Source of the DNA: Naegleria gruberi
Lineage: Eukaryota
Strand: one strand, 5' to 3'
Assembly (NCBI GenBank): GCA_000004985.1
Contig: GG738882.1
Length of the DNA stretch: 64,000 nucleotides
Shown: positions 1-11,716 of the stretch, one piece after another
How the letters are laid out: each line of letters opens with the position of its first letter
Position numbering within the stretch: position 1 is the stretch's first letter
Program-made: the position numbers and the translations under genes
The notes under the pieces: model-generated
Database searches by the model: none
Seen by the model: the letters and a program-made list of their open reading frames with translations, nothing else
Told to the model about the DNA's origin: nothing

Positions 1-107
1 TTAAATATGGAATAAATGATTGAAATATTTTAAGTGAGTTTTGGTGAAATAATGTTAACTATTCGATCGTCTGTAGAATTAGTAGGTAGACATTGTTCAT
101 GATGGTT

Positions 108-692
108 TTACACTAAAGAGAAATTACCCAAATAAATATTGTGAAATACTGTGACAAATTCCAAATTTCCATCTGAGGAACTATTTTCCTTCAATTCAAA
201 CTTTGATGGAATTTCAAAAATACGAGTTGGCTTAACAACTAATCCAGAGAAAGGCGTGATTTCTTGAGCATCCATTTGATATATGATATCGACCAATATT
301 GCATTTGGGCAAAACTTTACAAAGTGACCTTCAATAACTCTAACAACATCCAAGCTAACCTTAAATAATACTCCAACCAAATTGAGAATTGAGAAAGTCA
401 TTGAGCAAGTACTTTCAACTCGACTTGGAATCTTGCTGAAAATTTCAATTGGCCACTCCATTCGTCCATTATTATTACTTAACAGGAATGTTGATTCGAC
501 ACATTCATTCATGGTCACTTCTCTAACTACGAAAGGAGCTTCCTTTCCATCCAATTTTATGATCAAATCCTTGTCAAATCGAACTTCAAGTAAGGGAGCA
601 GAGACCAATCTTTTCAGAACAGAACGTGCATAAAATCCGTTTTGTTGTTTGGCAGAGGAAGAAGCAACATCACTTGATTTGTTTGATGGCAT
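108..692 (-). CDS. hypothetical protein (194 aa), single exon
   Basis: Complete ATG-to-stop ORF with coding-like codon usage. I recognise no family. Confidence 0.4.
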   Translation of the reverse strand: MPSNKSSDVASSSAKQQNGFYARSVLKRLVSAPLLEVRFDKDLIIKLDGKEAPFVVREVTMNECVESTFLLSNNNGRMEWPIEIFSKIPSRVESTCSMTFSILNLVGVLFKVSLDVVRVIEGHFVKFCPNAILVDIIYQMDAQEITPFSGLVVKPTRIFEIPSKFELKENSSSDGNLEFVTVFHNIYLGNFSLV

Positions 693-893
693 TTCATATG
701 CAAGAATAGTTTTGAATTAGTTTGAATTAGTTTTTTTCTTGTTTTTGAAAAATGTTTGTGAACTTTTGTGAATTTAAAGGTTTTTATTTTGCAAAATCAC
801 GTTTTTGAACCAAAAATATCATTTCAATCACGTTTGTGTTTATAATAGAACAGAAGACTTGTATTGAGATATTGTGTCTCATTCCAACGTTTT

Positions 894-2486
894 TTATTTC
901 TTCCTTTTTTCAACTTCAGTAATAGTTGCTTGCAAGAGTTTTTCCCATTGTGAATCTTCATCCCCAAACTTATTCTTAAATTTGTCAACGACCTCAATAG
1001 CCTCATTCTCATAACCCAAAATGATCATTGGTCTAATAACCTTATTGGTGATGAACAATAGCAATTTGTTGGGTATTGATTTTTCATAATAGGAGAGAAC
1101 TTGATAATTTTGTAAGGCCTCTTCCAATCGTCCAGCTCTGAGATGATTCAAACACTTTGTAACAATTAGGTCAACATGAGTTGGTACTCTTGAATAGTAT
1201 TCCACTTGATCCAATAACATTGTTGAATCCAATAAAGAAGGAGCTTCATTGATGCATAGATATTTAACTCTGGCGAGTATTTGAGGGAAAAATTTGAAAT
1301 CCTTGATTCTTGAGTGTGGTTTCTTATTCTTGAAAATTTCGAATAATTCCATACGCTTCAAATCTTCCATTCTTGAAGGTGCTTGAGAATTTGCCAAGAT
1401 ATTCAAACATTGAGTGGTACAAGAGATGTCATTAGTGCAGATCAGTTTGACATAGGGAATGTATGGATTTTTGGGAGCTCTCTTACTCTCTTCTTCAAAT
1501 ACTTTCAACATTGAACCATCTTTAACGAACTCTTGAAAGATGTTATACATGCCACCTAAATGAATTGGAAGATCTGTTTCCAAATCGTGGTACCAATCAA
1601 ATTCATCTTCAGAATAGACCTTCTCTAAAATATCTGTCCACGACTTGTCAATATCTCCTTCAGATGGTGTGGTATACTTTTGTTTCACAACTGGATACAA
1701 TTCAATAAATCTATGCATCAATGCTGTTGCATTTTGTAAATTCATTCCCAGTTCCAAACAGATTAAATTAACCATGCACATGAGTTTTTCTCTGGTTGTC
1801 ACACTTTCGATATTCACAAATTCTCTCAATAATAGTTCAGTAATTGCTGAATAATAAGTCACTTGATCATGCAACACAAGATCTTTTCCCTCGATATCTA
1901 TTCCACTCGAAAGGAGTACATGCAAATTCTTCAAATCTTCAAAACTAAACCACTCTTGAAAAATTCCCTTAATCAATAAACCATTAAAAGTTGAAAAATT
2001 TAACATTACATAAATGGCCTGTCTCTTCATCTCATCTAAATTCTCAATTAATTCATATTCATCTTTTTCCATTGTTCTGTTTATAATTGTATAGAAAGAA
2101 AAGTTTCGTATGGTACTTTGTACCAATTCGTTAAAAATACCAGTAGGAAGAGCTTTATCAGGGAATTCTCTTTGATTCTCTTTGATTTTCTTGTTGAGTT
2201 CATCTAAAGCAAGATGAACTGTGGTTTTTTCAAATGCAGGAGAAGAAACCATGTTTTTAATACCAGCTATTTGTTTGACAAGTTGTTCTTTGGAAGTTGG
2301 TGTTGCCAATGTGTTAACAATATCAGTGTTGACAAATGTTGCAAATTCCCGATCATGATAATTTGTTGTTGATTGCTGAGCAGAGTGATTTTGAAAATGG
2401 AGGAGGGTAGTTATTGATGATTTGTTCATCATTACTCTCTTCCTACTACTACTACTACTGAGAAGAGAGCCAAGGTGTTTAAACAT
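894..2486 (-). CDS. hypothetical 530-aa protein, predicted helical-repeat; basic Ser-rich N-terminus (possible mitochondrial presequence)
   Basis: Long ATG-initiated ORF. N-terminus reads MFKHLGSLLSSSSSRKRV. No recognisable catalytic motifs. Confidence 0.45.
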   Translation of the reverse strand: MFKHLGSLLSSSSSRKRVMMNKSSITTLLHFQNHSAQQSTTNYHDREFATFVNTDIVNTLATPTSKEQLVKQIAGIKNMVSSPAFEKTTVHLALDELNKKIKENQREFPDKALPTGIFNELVQSTIRNFSFYTIINRTMEKDEYELIENLDEMKRQAIYVMLNFSTFNGLLIKGIFQEWFSFEDLKNLHVLLSSGIDIEGKDLVLHDQVTYYSAITELLLREFVNIESVTTREKLMCMVNLICLELGMNLQNATALMHRFIELYPVVKQKYTTPSEGDIDKSWTDILEKVYSEDEFDWYHDLETDLPIHLGGMYNIFQEFVKDGSMLKVFEEESKRAPKNPYIPYVKLICTNDISCTTQCLNILANSQAPSRMEDLKRMELFEIFKNKKPHSRIKDFKFFPQILARVKYLCINEAPSLLDSTMLLDQVEYYSRVPTHVDLIVTKCLNHLRAGRLEEALQNYQVLSYYEKSIPNKLLLFITNKVIRPMIILGYENEAIEVVDKFKNKFGDEDSQWEKLLQATITEVEKRKK

Positions 2487-2669
2487 TTTTTATTGAATTG
2501 AATTATAATGTGGATATGTTCGTACGAGTTCTTTGGTTTACAATATGTTCCAAATTGATTAGTTGCTGTAATGAATATTCGAAATGTGCTTCATAAGGAA
2601 TGATATATAAACCTTAATTTAAGGAAATGAATTGATATGATTTATTGTTCACATTTTCAGATAATGAAT

Positions 2670-2787
2670 GGCTACGGCCATATCACGATGAATGCACCTC
2701 ATCCCGTCCGATTTGAGAAGTTAAGCATCGTCGAGCCACATCAGTACTGAGGTTGGAGACAACTTGGGAACCTGTGGTGCTGTAGTC
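2670..2787 (+). rRNA. 5S ribosomal RNA
   Basis: GGCTACGGCCATATCACGATGAATGCACCTCATCCCGTCCGATTTGAGAAGTTAAGCATCGTCGAGCCACATCAGTACTGAGGTTGGAGACAACTTGGGAACCTGTGGTGCTGTAGTC matches the eukaryotic 5S consensus (CCCGTCCGAT, AAGTTAAGC, GGGAA..GGTGCTGTAG). 5' and 3' ends pair to form helix I. About 118 nt. Confidence 0.85.
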
Positions 2788-2794
2788 TTTTTTT
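2788..2794 (+). terminator. Pol III terminator T-run after 5S rRNA
   Basis: TTTTTTT immediately 3' of the 5S gene. Confidence 0.6.
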
Positions 2795-2905
2795 AAATAC
2801 AAGGTAATTTTCCCACAATTATCCAAATTATGACACTTTCAAATGTAATATGGCAATAAGCAAACAAATCATACAATTTTGACAAAAGATTGAACTTTTT
2901 GTTTT

Positions 2906-4120
2906 TCATTGTAAAAAGTATTGATGAAGCTTTTTCAGTGCAACTTGCCATTCAGGTCCACAATTCACAGCTGCAAACTTGGCCACTCCGTTTAACATTC
3001 GAAATTCACATTCAAAATTAGCATTACAATCTCCCATTAATATCTCACGATCCTCTTCCCAAGAAAATAAAACAGTTCCTGTAAATTCAGCCAAAGGATT
3101 CAATTCAACAATTTTCACAATTAAATTTCCATTTGTCATGTCCTTGACAAGAATAATATCGATTGCATAGTTTGAAATTGGTAATTCTGCATTGTTTACA
3201 ATATTTTCCAAGATGAATGAAATGATAAGGTGTTTGATTTGATCCTTTTGTTTGAAAAGCGTTGGGAAATAGACAACTGGGTTGTATTGGGTTAAACCTG
3301 TAATTTTTCTATTGTAAACAAAGGCTCTAAATTCATGAGCTACATCAAAGTCGTTCCACTTTTCAAAATAATTACAAAGAACTTTAACAAATTGAAAATT
3401 CATAACTAGTAAACATACCTCTCTAATAATAAGATCAAGTGGTGATTTTGTTGGACTATCCAACATTGCTTTGAATTCTTGTTGAGCTCTCTTTGATTCA
3501 ATTAATAATTGAATTGCTTCATGTCCATTGTAAATTTTCAAAATTGAAATGCTTGCTCTATATAATGCATACATGATAATATTCGTCTTCTCTGACTTAT
3601 CCAATGATTTATCATCCAATAGCTCACTCTCCTTCAAAATATTCAAATATTCCTCATGAATTAACTTGACAAATCCTTTTCTATTAATGGCTGCATCCTT
3701 TGGTGAAAGAGTTGACAATCTAATAAAAACTCCACTTCTTCCACTCAATTCTTCCATTTCCTTCATCTTACTACTAATTCTATCAGCTAAATTATTCAAA
3801 ATTTTTGCATTTTCTCCAACTTTCCACTCATCATATTCCACTACATTATCTTTTTCATTTTGTGGAAATTCGCACTTCTTGAATTTTTCATTTTCATCAA
3901 TCAATGCCTTGATTTCACTTCTTTCCAATGTCATTTGCAATGATCGGAAGGAAAATGGCTCAATTACTTTGAAATAGGTATCAAAATTTGTTTCTTCCAA
4001 TAAGTGTTGATAATCATCATCGGATGAGCAAATCATTCGTGAATTGGTCGATTGCTTGCTTTTTGTGTTGGTTTTACGAAGGGAAACTCCAGAACGAATA
4101 TCATCGAGGAAGGAACTCAT
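2906..4120 (-). CDS. CDC123: CDC123 family protein (cell division cycle protein 123 homolog, D123 domain)
   Basis: Motifs GVFIRLSTLSPKDAA (cf. FPKLNWSAPRDA), AHEFRAFV and ELNPLAEFTGTVLFSWEED match the D123 family signature. The first ATG is at 4120; the ORF track extends to 4153 on a TTG start. Confidence 0.65.
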   Translation of the reverse strand: MSSFLDDIRSGVSLRKTNTKSKQSTNSRMICSSDDDYQHLLEETNFDTYFKVIEPFSFRSLQMTLERSEIKALIDENEKFKKCEFPQNEKDNVVEYDEWKVGENAKILNNLADRISSKMKEMEELSGRSGVFIRLSTLSPKDAAINRKGFVKLIHEEYLNILKESELLDDKSLDKSEKTNIIMYALYRASISILKIYNGHEAIQLLIESKRAQQEFKAMLDSPTKSPLDLIIREVCLLVMNFQFVKVLCNYFEKWNDFDVAHEFRAFVYNRKITGLTQYNPVVYFPTLFKQKDQIKHLIISFILENIVNNAELPISNYAIDIILVKDMTNGNLIVKIVELNPLAEFTGTVLFSWEEDREILMGDCNANFECEFRMLNGVAKFAAVNCGPEWQVALKKLHQYFLQ

Positions 4121-4288
4121 TTTTTTGTATTGGTTTTTATTGAGTTGAATCAAATCTGTTGCTATTTACAATTTTTACAAAAGTTCCAAGTTCATTGAAT
4201 ATCACAAAATATGTTATTTCAATTCTTGTGTTGTGTGGTGAGTAGTGCTTGGAATTGAGTTGTATTATACCATTGAACAGGGAACATA

Positions 4289-5758
4289 TTAAAAGTTTGG
4301 ACCTCTTTCACGAAGAGAAGCTCTAAAGTATAATAATTCCATACATGGGAAACATAACATGTAACCAAACCACAGAATTACATTTCCGAAACGAGTTCCT
4401 TTGACTTTTTCTGTAACGTAGAAGAGTGGAATTTGAGAAATGACCATGCAGAAGAAGTATGGTCTGAAGACTCTAAAAGTGTAGATTAGTACAAATTCAT
4501 GCAAGGCGGCAGTGACAAAGAATGTTGATGTGGCAGCCCAGAATTTGTTGAATCCCTTGACTCGTCTCATACTCTCCACATAGATGTGTCTGGACATGAA
4601 TTTGAGAACTGGTCTATTCCACAATCTCCAATATTGAGAGACACTGGTTGCAGACCACCATTCGAGATAGAATTCTCTATCAGCATATCTAACCATCTCT
4701 GCAGTTGCATTCATAAAACAGTGAAAGACACAATAGAATGTCAGCATCCAAATTATCATGGAAGGAATGGTCAAATTAATGATCAAATCATACCAATCGT
4801 AGGTCTCAATTTCCTGTAAGAATGGTGAGATGTGTCTTTGAATAACGAGATACATTACAAGGCAAATCAATAGACCTCCACCATATTCTCTTGCCACATA
4901 TCGATAATCAACCTTATCAGTTCTTGGAAATTCTATTTCATAGACCAAACTTGGAATTCTCACATACTCTACAAAGTCAAACACCAACCAGTACAATCTT
5001 TCCCAATGTGAATAGGACTCACACCTAATCTTCTCATAACGATTATTGAAAATCGGCTTGTTTCCATTTTGAGCGTATTTCCCTTCATAGACAATTTCCT
5101 CTCTGAAATATCTATTCGTGATGAAATAACTATGCATTTTGAAACTATTTACAACTGTTTGACAACCAAGAGCAGATCTACACAAAGGACTCATACTATC
5201 AGTGTTGAAAACTATCCAAGTAGGAACTGCAAACATAGTCAATTGTGCAAGTGCATAAATTGTACAATTAATTCCATCCCAAAAAGGAGACAATCTCTTC
5301 TTTTGAGCAAATTGAATAAGAATAAACTCAGATAACACTGAATAAATCAAAGAAAATGCAACTATTGAAAACCAATATCCAATTACAAAATGCACACCTT
5401 TCAACATTGTAAACAATAAAGTAAAGTCAATCAGTTGCCCACTCTGTCTCCAATTATGATACATTACATTTCCAGACCAAACAACCAACAATAATCCAAA
5501 CAAATTCAAAAAACCTTCACTACTTTTCATTTCCAGTAGTGATTTTCTTGATTGTGGTGGATAGGGAAACTTTCCTATCAATGTATCCTTCTTATCTGGA
5601 TTGACTCTAAACTCATCCGATGATGAAGAAGATGATTTCGTCTCTGAAGAATCCGAAGAAACTGAAGCAGTAGACTGATCAACTACCTTTCCTTTCAAAC
5701 TAGCTTCAGAAACAACCTCCACTCCACTGTTCGTATTATCAACAGCTTTACTAATCAT
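4289..5758 (-). CDS. MBOAT-family sterol O-acyltransferase / DGAT1-like acyltransferase
   Basis: Multi-pass membrane ORF carrying FYLEWWSATSVSQYWRLWN (the FYxDWWN motif of ACAT/DGAT1) and a conserved His in AALHEF. Confidence 0.65.
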   Translation of the reverse strand: MISKAVDNTNSGVEVVSEASLKGKVVDQSTASVSSDSSETKSSSSSSDEFRVNPDKKDTLIGKFPYPPQSRKSLLEMKSSEGFLNLFGLLLVVWSGNVMYHNWRQSGQLIDFTLLFTMLKGVHFVIGYWFSIVAFSLIYSVLSEFILIQFAQKKRLSPFWDGINCTIYALAQLTMFAVPTWIVFNTDSMSPLCRSALGCQTVVNSFKMHSYFITNRYFREEIVYEGKYAQNGNKPIFNNRYEKIRCESYSHWERLYWLVFDFVEYVRIPSLVYEIEFPRTDKVDYRYVAREYGGGLLICLVMYLVIQRHISPFLQEIETYDWYDLIINLTIPSMIIWMLTFYCVFHCFMNATAEMVRYADREFYLEWWSATSVSQYWRLWNRPVLKFMSRHIYVESMRRVKGFNKFWAATSTFFVTAALHEFVLIYTFRVFRPYFFCMVISQIPLFYVTEKVKGTRFGNVILWFGYMLCFPCMELLYFRASLRERGPNF

Positions 5759-6564
5759 TTTTACAAACTCTATACAACTCCTATTTATACAACAATATCA
5801 AATTCTGATTGAGGAGAAACTTTGGAATTGAGGTCAGGGGTAGTTCGAGCAAACTCGTTCTTTGTTTTTTTTTGAGTTTTATTTTAAGAATCATCGAAAA
5901 TTTTCAAGCAATTAAGTAATTGAACGAAGAAGCAATTTTGAAAATTTCCATAAGGAACCAATGGATGATGTATGGAGGAGGGAAGGAAGTCCTATTTTCG
6001 TGGTTGTAGGATTTTGAGAGAGATTTTAGAGTTTTGATTCAAAAATTGGTGCGATTGATCGTATGAACGAAGGGAAAGGAATTGAATGATATTTTGAGAC
6101 AAGCAAGAATTGAAAGTGTTTGAGTAGTGGCAGAGTTGATGATGAATACGCGAAAGTTGTAGATGAGACTTGCCATTTTCGATTGTGCCTACCTGGTGAA
6201 ATGATGCCGGCTGCATTGGACGAAACTTCCAATAAGCAAATTGTGAAATGTAATGTAACTGACAAATTTTTAGTTACGCTTTGTGTTTGGCGCCAAATGG
6301 AACCCGCTAAAACTAACCGTTGATATATCTAAGAGTGTGACTTTTCCCTCCAATTTTTAAAATCACCACAAAAAAAAACAAGCAAAGCAAGTTGCGAACA
6401 AATTGAAAGCCTCCCAGCGTTATCTTGTTCAACATACTCTAGTAGTCAATCATTTTTTAATTGATCGTACACACAACGAATCTAACCTTCATTACCTAGG
6501 ATCAATTCGTTTCTAAGTTTTTTAGTAGTCAAAAGTTTTCCCGTCATAGTATTTAATAATTATC

Positions 6565-9003
6565 ATGACTCTAATTGTTAAAAAGAGTGGAGAGAAGGAA
6601 CTCTTCTCCTCCGAAAAGATTAGAATCAGACTCCAAGACCACACCAAGGATCTCTATCACATTAATATAGATTCTATCATTGAAAAGCTTCAACTTGAAA
6701 TTCACAACGATATTACCACTGAAAAGTTGGACAACCTCATTGCTGAATGTATTGCCTATATGGCCTATTCTCATCCTGACTATTTAAAGTTGGCTGGTAG
6801 AGTGAAAGTTTCTACCCTCCACAAACACACAAAGTCAAAATTCTCTGAAGTCGTTCATGATTTGCGTAACTTCATCCACCCAAGAACTAATTTGCCATCA
6901 CCATTAATTTCCGAAGAAGTTTTTAATGTTGTTGCTGCCAATGTGGATGTTTTGGATCAAGCCATCAAGAGTGAAAGAGATTTCCAATTCGATTACTTTG
7001 GATACAAGACTCTCGAAAGAAGCTACTTGCTCAAACTTGCCGATAGTCGTATTGCCGAAAGACCACAACACATGTTTATGCGTGTAAGTTTAGGTATCCA
7101 CGGAGGTGACATTGAAAGAGCCATTCAAACCTATGATTTACTCAGTAGTGGTATGTTTATTCATGCCTCTCCAACATTGTTCAATGCTGGTACTCCAATT
7201 CCACAAATGAGTTCTTGTTTCCTCGTTTCTATGAAGGATGATTCCATTCATGGTATTTATGATACCCTTAAGACTTGTGCCCTTATTTCCAAGTCTGCTG
7301 GTGGTATTGGTTTGTCAGTTCACAATATTAGAGCTTCTGGATCATACATTAGAGGTACAAACGGAACATCAAATGGTTTAATTCCAATGTTGAGAGTTTT
7401 CAATGACACTGCCAGATATGTCGATCAAGGTGGTGGTAAGAGAAAGGGTGCCTTTGCCATTTATTTGGAACCTTGGCACTCTGACATTTTTGACTTTTTG
7501 GATTTGAGAAAGAATCACGGTAAGGAAGAAATCAGAGCTAGAGATTTATTCTTGGGTTTATGGGTCAACGATCTCTTCATGCAACGTGTTAAGGATGATG
7601 CCGAATGGTCACTCTTCTGTCCAAATGAAGCTCAAGGTCTTGCTGATGTTTGGGGTGAAGAATTCAATCAATTATATACCAAATATGAAAGAGAAGGAAA
7701 GGCCAAGAGAACCATCAAGGCTCAAGAACTCTGGTTTGCTATTATTGAAGCCCAAATTGAAACTGGTGTCCCATACATGTTGTACAAGGATTCTTGTAAT
7801 AGAAAATCCAATCAACAAAACCTTGGTACCATCAAGTCTTCTAACTTGTGTACTGAAATTATTGAATTTACTGCTCCTGATGAAGTTGCTGTATGTAACC
7901 TTGCCAGTATTGCTCTTCCAAAGTATGTCAATGAAGAAACTCAAACCTATGATCACCAAAAGTTATACGAAGTTGTCAAGATTGCCACTTACAATTTGAA
8001 TAAGATTATTGATAAGAATTATTACCCAGTCGAAGAAGCCAAGAAGAGTAACTTTAGACACAGACCAATTGGTCTCGGTGTTCAAGGTTTGGCCGATGCT
8101 TTCATCAAGATGCGTCTTCCATTCGAAAGTGAAGAAGCTAAAAACCTCAACAGGGAAATCTTTGAAACCATTTACTTTGCTGCCATGACCTGCTCAATGG
8201 AACTTGCTAAGGTTGAAGGAACATATGAAACCTATGAAGGAAGTCCAATCAGTAAGGGTATCTTCCAACACGAATTCTGGACCAGAGAAGGTGAACCATT
8301 CGAAGGTAAGACTATTACCAGCGGTAGATGGGATTGGGAAGGTTTGAGACAACAAGTCTTGCAACACGGTGTCAGAAACAGTCTCTTAGTTGCACCAATG
8401 CCAACTGCTTCCACCAGTCAAATCTTGGGCAACAATGAATGTTTCGAACCATATACATCAAACGTTTATACTAGACGTGTTTTGAGTGGTGAATATCCAG
8501 TCATTAACAGACATCTTGTTGCTGATTTGATCAAGATTGACATGTGGAATCCAACTATTGTTAACCAAATTATTGGTAATAGAGGTTCCATCCAAAATAT
8601 CCAAGGTATCCCTGATGATATTAAGGAATTGTACAAGACTGTTTGGGAAATTAAGCAAAGAAGCTTGTTGGATCTTGCCATTGAAAGATCTCCATTCATT
8701 GATCAATCTCAATCTTTGAACGTTTTCATTTCAATTCCATCAGTTTCCAAGATGAGTTCTATGCACTTTTATGCTTGGTCTAAGGGGTTGAAGACTGGTA
8801 TGTACTATTTGAGAACTCAACCAGCCGCCGATGCCATCCAATTCACTGTCGATCCAAACATGATGAAGCAAAGCGTTTCAACATCACAAGCTGAAGAACC
8901 AAAGCAAGAAGAAGAAGTTATCGTTTGCAAAAGAAAGAAGAGAGGCCAAGCTCCACCTGAAGGTGAAGAAGACGAAGAAGAATGCCTCGTCTGTGGTGCT
9001 TAA
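6565..9003 (+). CDS. RNR1: ribonucleoside-diphosphate reductase large (alpha) subunit
   Basis: 812-aa ORF. Has an N-terminal ATP-cone and conserved class I RNR catalytic-core motifs ([29 protein letters not shown]). The C-terminal CxxC tail reads ECLVCGA. Confidence 0.95.
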   Translation: MTLIVKKSGEKELFSSEKIRIRLQDHTKDLYHINIDSIIEKLQLEIHNDITTEKLDNLIAECIAYMAYSHPDYLKLAGRVKVSTLHKHTKSKFSEVVHDLRNFIHPRTNLPSPLISEEVFNVVAANVDVLDQAIKSERDFQFDYFGYKTLERSYLLKLADSRIAERPQHMFMRVSLGIHGGDIERAIQTYDLLSSGMFIHASPTLFNAGTPIPQMSSCFLVSMKDDSIHGIYDTLKTCALISKSAGGIGLSVHNIRASGSYIRGTNGTSNGLIPMLRVFNDTARYVDQGGGKRKGAFAIYLEPWHSDIFDFLDLRKNHGKEEIRARDLFLGLWVNDLFMQRVKDDAEWSLFCPNEAQGLADVWGEEFNQLYTKYEREGKAKRTIKAQELWFAIIEAQIETGVPYMLYKDSCNRKSNQQNLGTIKSSNLCTEIIEFTAPDEVAVCNLASIALPKYVNEETQTYDHQKLYEVVKIATYNLNKIIDKNYYPVEEAKKSNFRHRPIGLGVQGLADAFIKMRLPFESEEAKNLNREIFETIYFAAMTCSMELAKVEGTYETYEGSPISKGIFQHEFWTREGEPFEGKTITSGRWDWEGLRQQVLQHGVRNSLLVAPMPTASTSQILGNNECFEPYTSNVYTRRVLSGEYPVINRHLVADLIKIDMWNPTIVNQIIGNRGSIQNIQGIPDDIKELYKTVWEIKQRSLLDLAIERSPFIDQSQSLNVFISIPSVSKMSSMHFYAWSKGLKTGMYYLRTQPAADAIQFTVDPNMMKQSVSTSQAEEPKQEEEVIVCKRKKRGQAPPEGEEDEEECLVCGA

Positions 9004-9109
9004 ATTCTCTTCCCTATTCTGTAAATTACACACAACCTACCCAAAACACATTGTGCACTTTAAGTAGTGACAAGTGAACCATCTAATTCTCTTATTTATT
9101 AAAACAAAA

Positions 9110-10306
9110 TTAATTTAAAATACCTTGTCGTTTTTTTAGAATATCATTTTCGTGCTCTTTTGCAAGTTGTGCCAAACATTCAAATGTATTACTCATACAT
9201 TCCTCTAACTTAAACTTGGATATGAGATCAAAGGCAAGGCAATTCTCATTTGGTAAGGTTTCTATCTTTTTCTGCCCACATAAAATAATACAAGGTTTTG
9301 AGTATTTTTTACAGAGCTGGGCAATCCATGACACTACTTTACCACCTTCTGATTGGTGATCATAACTACCTTCTCCTGTAAAGACAATATCTGATTGAGA
9401 AATGACTTGTTCCAAGTTATTAATTGCTCCAATCATTTCAATTCCCTTTTTGAGATTGACTTGTCCATTCAGTATTGAATAGAAACCACCTGCAATGCCA
9501 CCAGCTGCTCCAGCACCACTCAAATTACTGATATCTATATTCTGGTGTCGTTGAATTAACTTTGCAACTTGATTCATGCCCTTCTCTAAAATTTCTCGTT
9601 GCTCTTCAGTGGCTCCCTTTTGCTTGCTGAAAGTATGTACAGCTCCCCTCTCTCCAATAAATGGATTATTCACATCACATGCAATATCAATGGTTAAATT
9701 CTCATACTGGAATGGTAATCCTTCAGTGTTAATTAAAATATCAGAAATATTAATCAAATCTCCTCCCCAGAAAACTTCTCCACTACTCATCAATTTTCCA
9801 TTTAGCTCAATATCAACACATCCCAAACATTTCAAACATCCCAATCCAGCATCATTCGTACAAGATCCACCAATTCCCATCAAGATGTGAATATGATCCT
9901 TCTTTCCATGTTGTTTCAGAATATTCCCAATCACCACTCCCAATCCAAACGTACTCGTATTGAATGGATTTCTCTCCTCCATTTTCAATAATTCCAATCC
10001 ACACACCGTGGCCATCTCCAAAACATAGAGAAAATTATTCTCCACTTGTTTTCTAAAATATGGAACTGTTATCATCAAATCGGAATTTCTAACAGGTCTC
10101 CTCACTTGAACATGATCGAGTTGATAATTTCCTTCTTGATCCTTCTTGATGGCTTCAAGAAAACCTTCACCTCCATCCGATAAGGGAATATTAACAAAGT
10201 CATAATTAACTTGTCCTAAACCTTGCATGATTGCCTTTCCGCACTCTCTTGCTTTCAAGCTATCTTTGAATTTATCGAAACAACAAGCAATTTGAAGTCT
10301 TTTCAT
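9110..10306 (-). CDS. glycerate kinase, class I (bacterial GarK/GlxK family)
   Basis: Collinear with E. coli GlxK: MKRLQIACCFDKFKDSL (cf. MKIVIAPDSFKESL), PLSDGGEGF, ILMGIGGSCTNDAGLG, ACDVNNPFIGERGAVHTFSKQKGAT, GAGAAGG, VFTGEGSYDHQS. Confidence 0.85.
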   Translation of the reverse strand: MKRLQIACCFDKFKDSLKARECGKAIMQGLGQVNYDFVNIPLSDGGEGFLEAIKKDQEGNYQLDHVQVRRPVRNSDLMITVPYFRKQVENNFLYVLEMATVCGLELLKMEERNPFNTSTFGLGVVIGNILKQHGKKDHIHILMGIGGSCTNDAGLGCLKCLGCVDIELNGKLMSSGEVFWGGDLINISDILINTEGLPFQYENLTIDIACDVNNPFIGERGAVHTFSKQKGATEEQREILEKGMNQVAKLIQRHQNIDISNLSGAGAAGGIAGGFYSILNGQVNLKKGIEMIGAINNLEQVISQSDIVFTGEGSYDHQSEGGKVVSWIAQLCKKYSKPCIILCGQKKIETLPNENCLAFDLISKFKLEECMSNTFECLAQLAKEHENDILKKRQGILN

Positions 10307-10423
10307 TTTTTTTGTAATTTTAAAAATCTCATATTAAATAGTTAATTGAATATGATCTTGATTTACAATGAAATAGAATAGTTCAAAATAATTCATAAGA
10401 AAATATAAAATTTATAATTACAA

Positions 10424-11716
10424 TTAAGCATTAGAGTTGAACAAATCATCATCTTCAACATCTCGCCTACTTCTAAAGAATGAAGTCTTCTTTTGTTGTC
10501 CTGTTGGAGTACCTCCTTGTTTAGTATTCTTTTGAGTATTCAAAAGTTCCTTTTGTTTCCTATATCTCAAAATTTGTTTAATTAAATCTTCAATCACAGC
10601 AGAGACGTTCTTTCCAGTCTTGGCACTTGTTTCAAAATAAGGAGCACTTGAACTATCACTAAATTTGATTGCAGTGGCCAAAGGAACCTCTTTATATCAT
10701 CATCATATTATGAATTTATAGTATTCATCATCATTATCATCATTGAGGGAATGTTTTTGAATATTTTCATCAAGTGATCATTTTTTTTAAAGATTTTTCC
10801 CGCGTTTTTTCATACAATGTAAATTTTGATATTTTTCATCATCATGATAATGAAATATTAAATTATTAATTGATATTACATAATATATAACAAAACAAAT
10901 AATAATAACATTATGAAAAGGAAAGCAAAATAGGAGAAGAAATATAATAAAAAAAACGTTAGAATTTTAAAATTGATAAAAAACAACAACTCACCTCTCA
11001 CAATGTCTGCAATATCACACTTATTACCAATACAAATACATGGCTTGAGTAATCCGTAGGTATTCTTCTCTTCTTGTTGGAGAACATCGAAGGATTTGTG
11101 GAAGACTTGCATTTGGGAGAAACTGTTCATTTCATCAACGGAGAAAAAGAGAATGAAGGCATCAATATCATACCAAGGTATATCCTGTTAGTAGCCATTC
11201 AGAGTGGAAATACATTCATAATATATGATGAAATTAATAATAATAATAATATAACAACAACAATAAAAAGCAAAATATTCGTCATCAATTTGAAGAATAT
11301 TATGATATAATAACAATAAGAATTAGAAATTCAAGCGTTCGACCAATAATAACATACCTCTGGTTGAACATCTTCAAAGGAAGATCCTGCTGATGGTTGT
11401 ATATACAAAAATTCAATATCGAGACAGTCGTTGGAAATGGTGTATCGGTTGGAGTTTTCATCCTTCTTATCCATAATTTCACGATGATGGAAAGTGGCAC
11501 CCTATATTATTATTGTTGTTGTTCATATTCGAAAAGTAAGAGAAGAAGAAGAAATATTTTGTTATTGTTATTATTCAATAATGAATATTCGAAATGTCAA
11601 AATGTCAATTATCAGCATTAACACATTACTATAATACTTACAAAAGTCTTCTTTCCAGTGTTTGGATTACCACAAATTGCGATTTTAATATGTGTCACGG
11701 ATTTTGGCTTTACCAT
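10424..11716 (-). CDS. divergent Ras-superfamily small GTPase, 4 exons, no C-terminal prenylation Cys
   Basis: Exons approx 11642..11716 (MVKPKSVTHIKIAICGNPNTGKKTF, P-loop), 11358..11501, 10995..11184 (contains GNKCDI, the NKxD motif), 10424..10689 (ETSAKTGKNV, the G5 motif). Introns have GTAAGT/GTATGT/GTGAGT donors. The G3 region is atypical (LYIQPSAG). Confidence 0.55.

Noticed and set aside
7586-7999. Alternative-frame ORFs inside the RNR large-subunit gene (also 7672..7959, 8232..8414, 8458..8719)
   Set aside because: Embedded in a strongly supported 812-aa CDS; no independent support.
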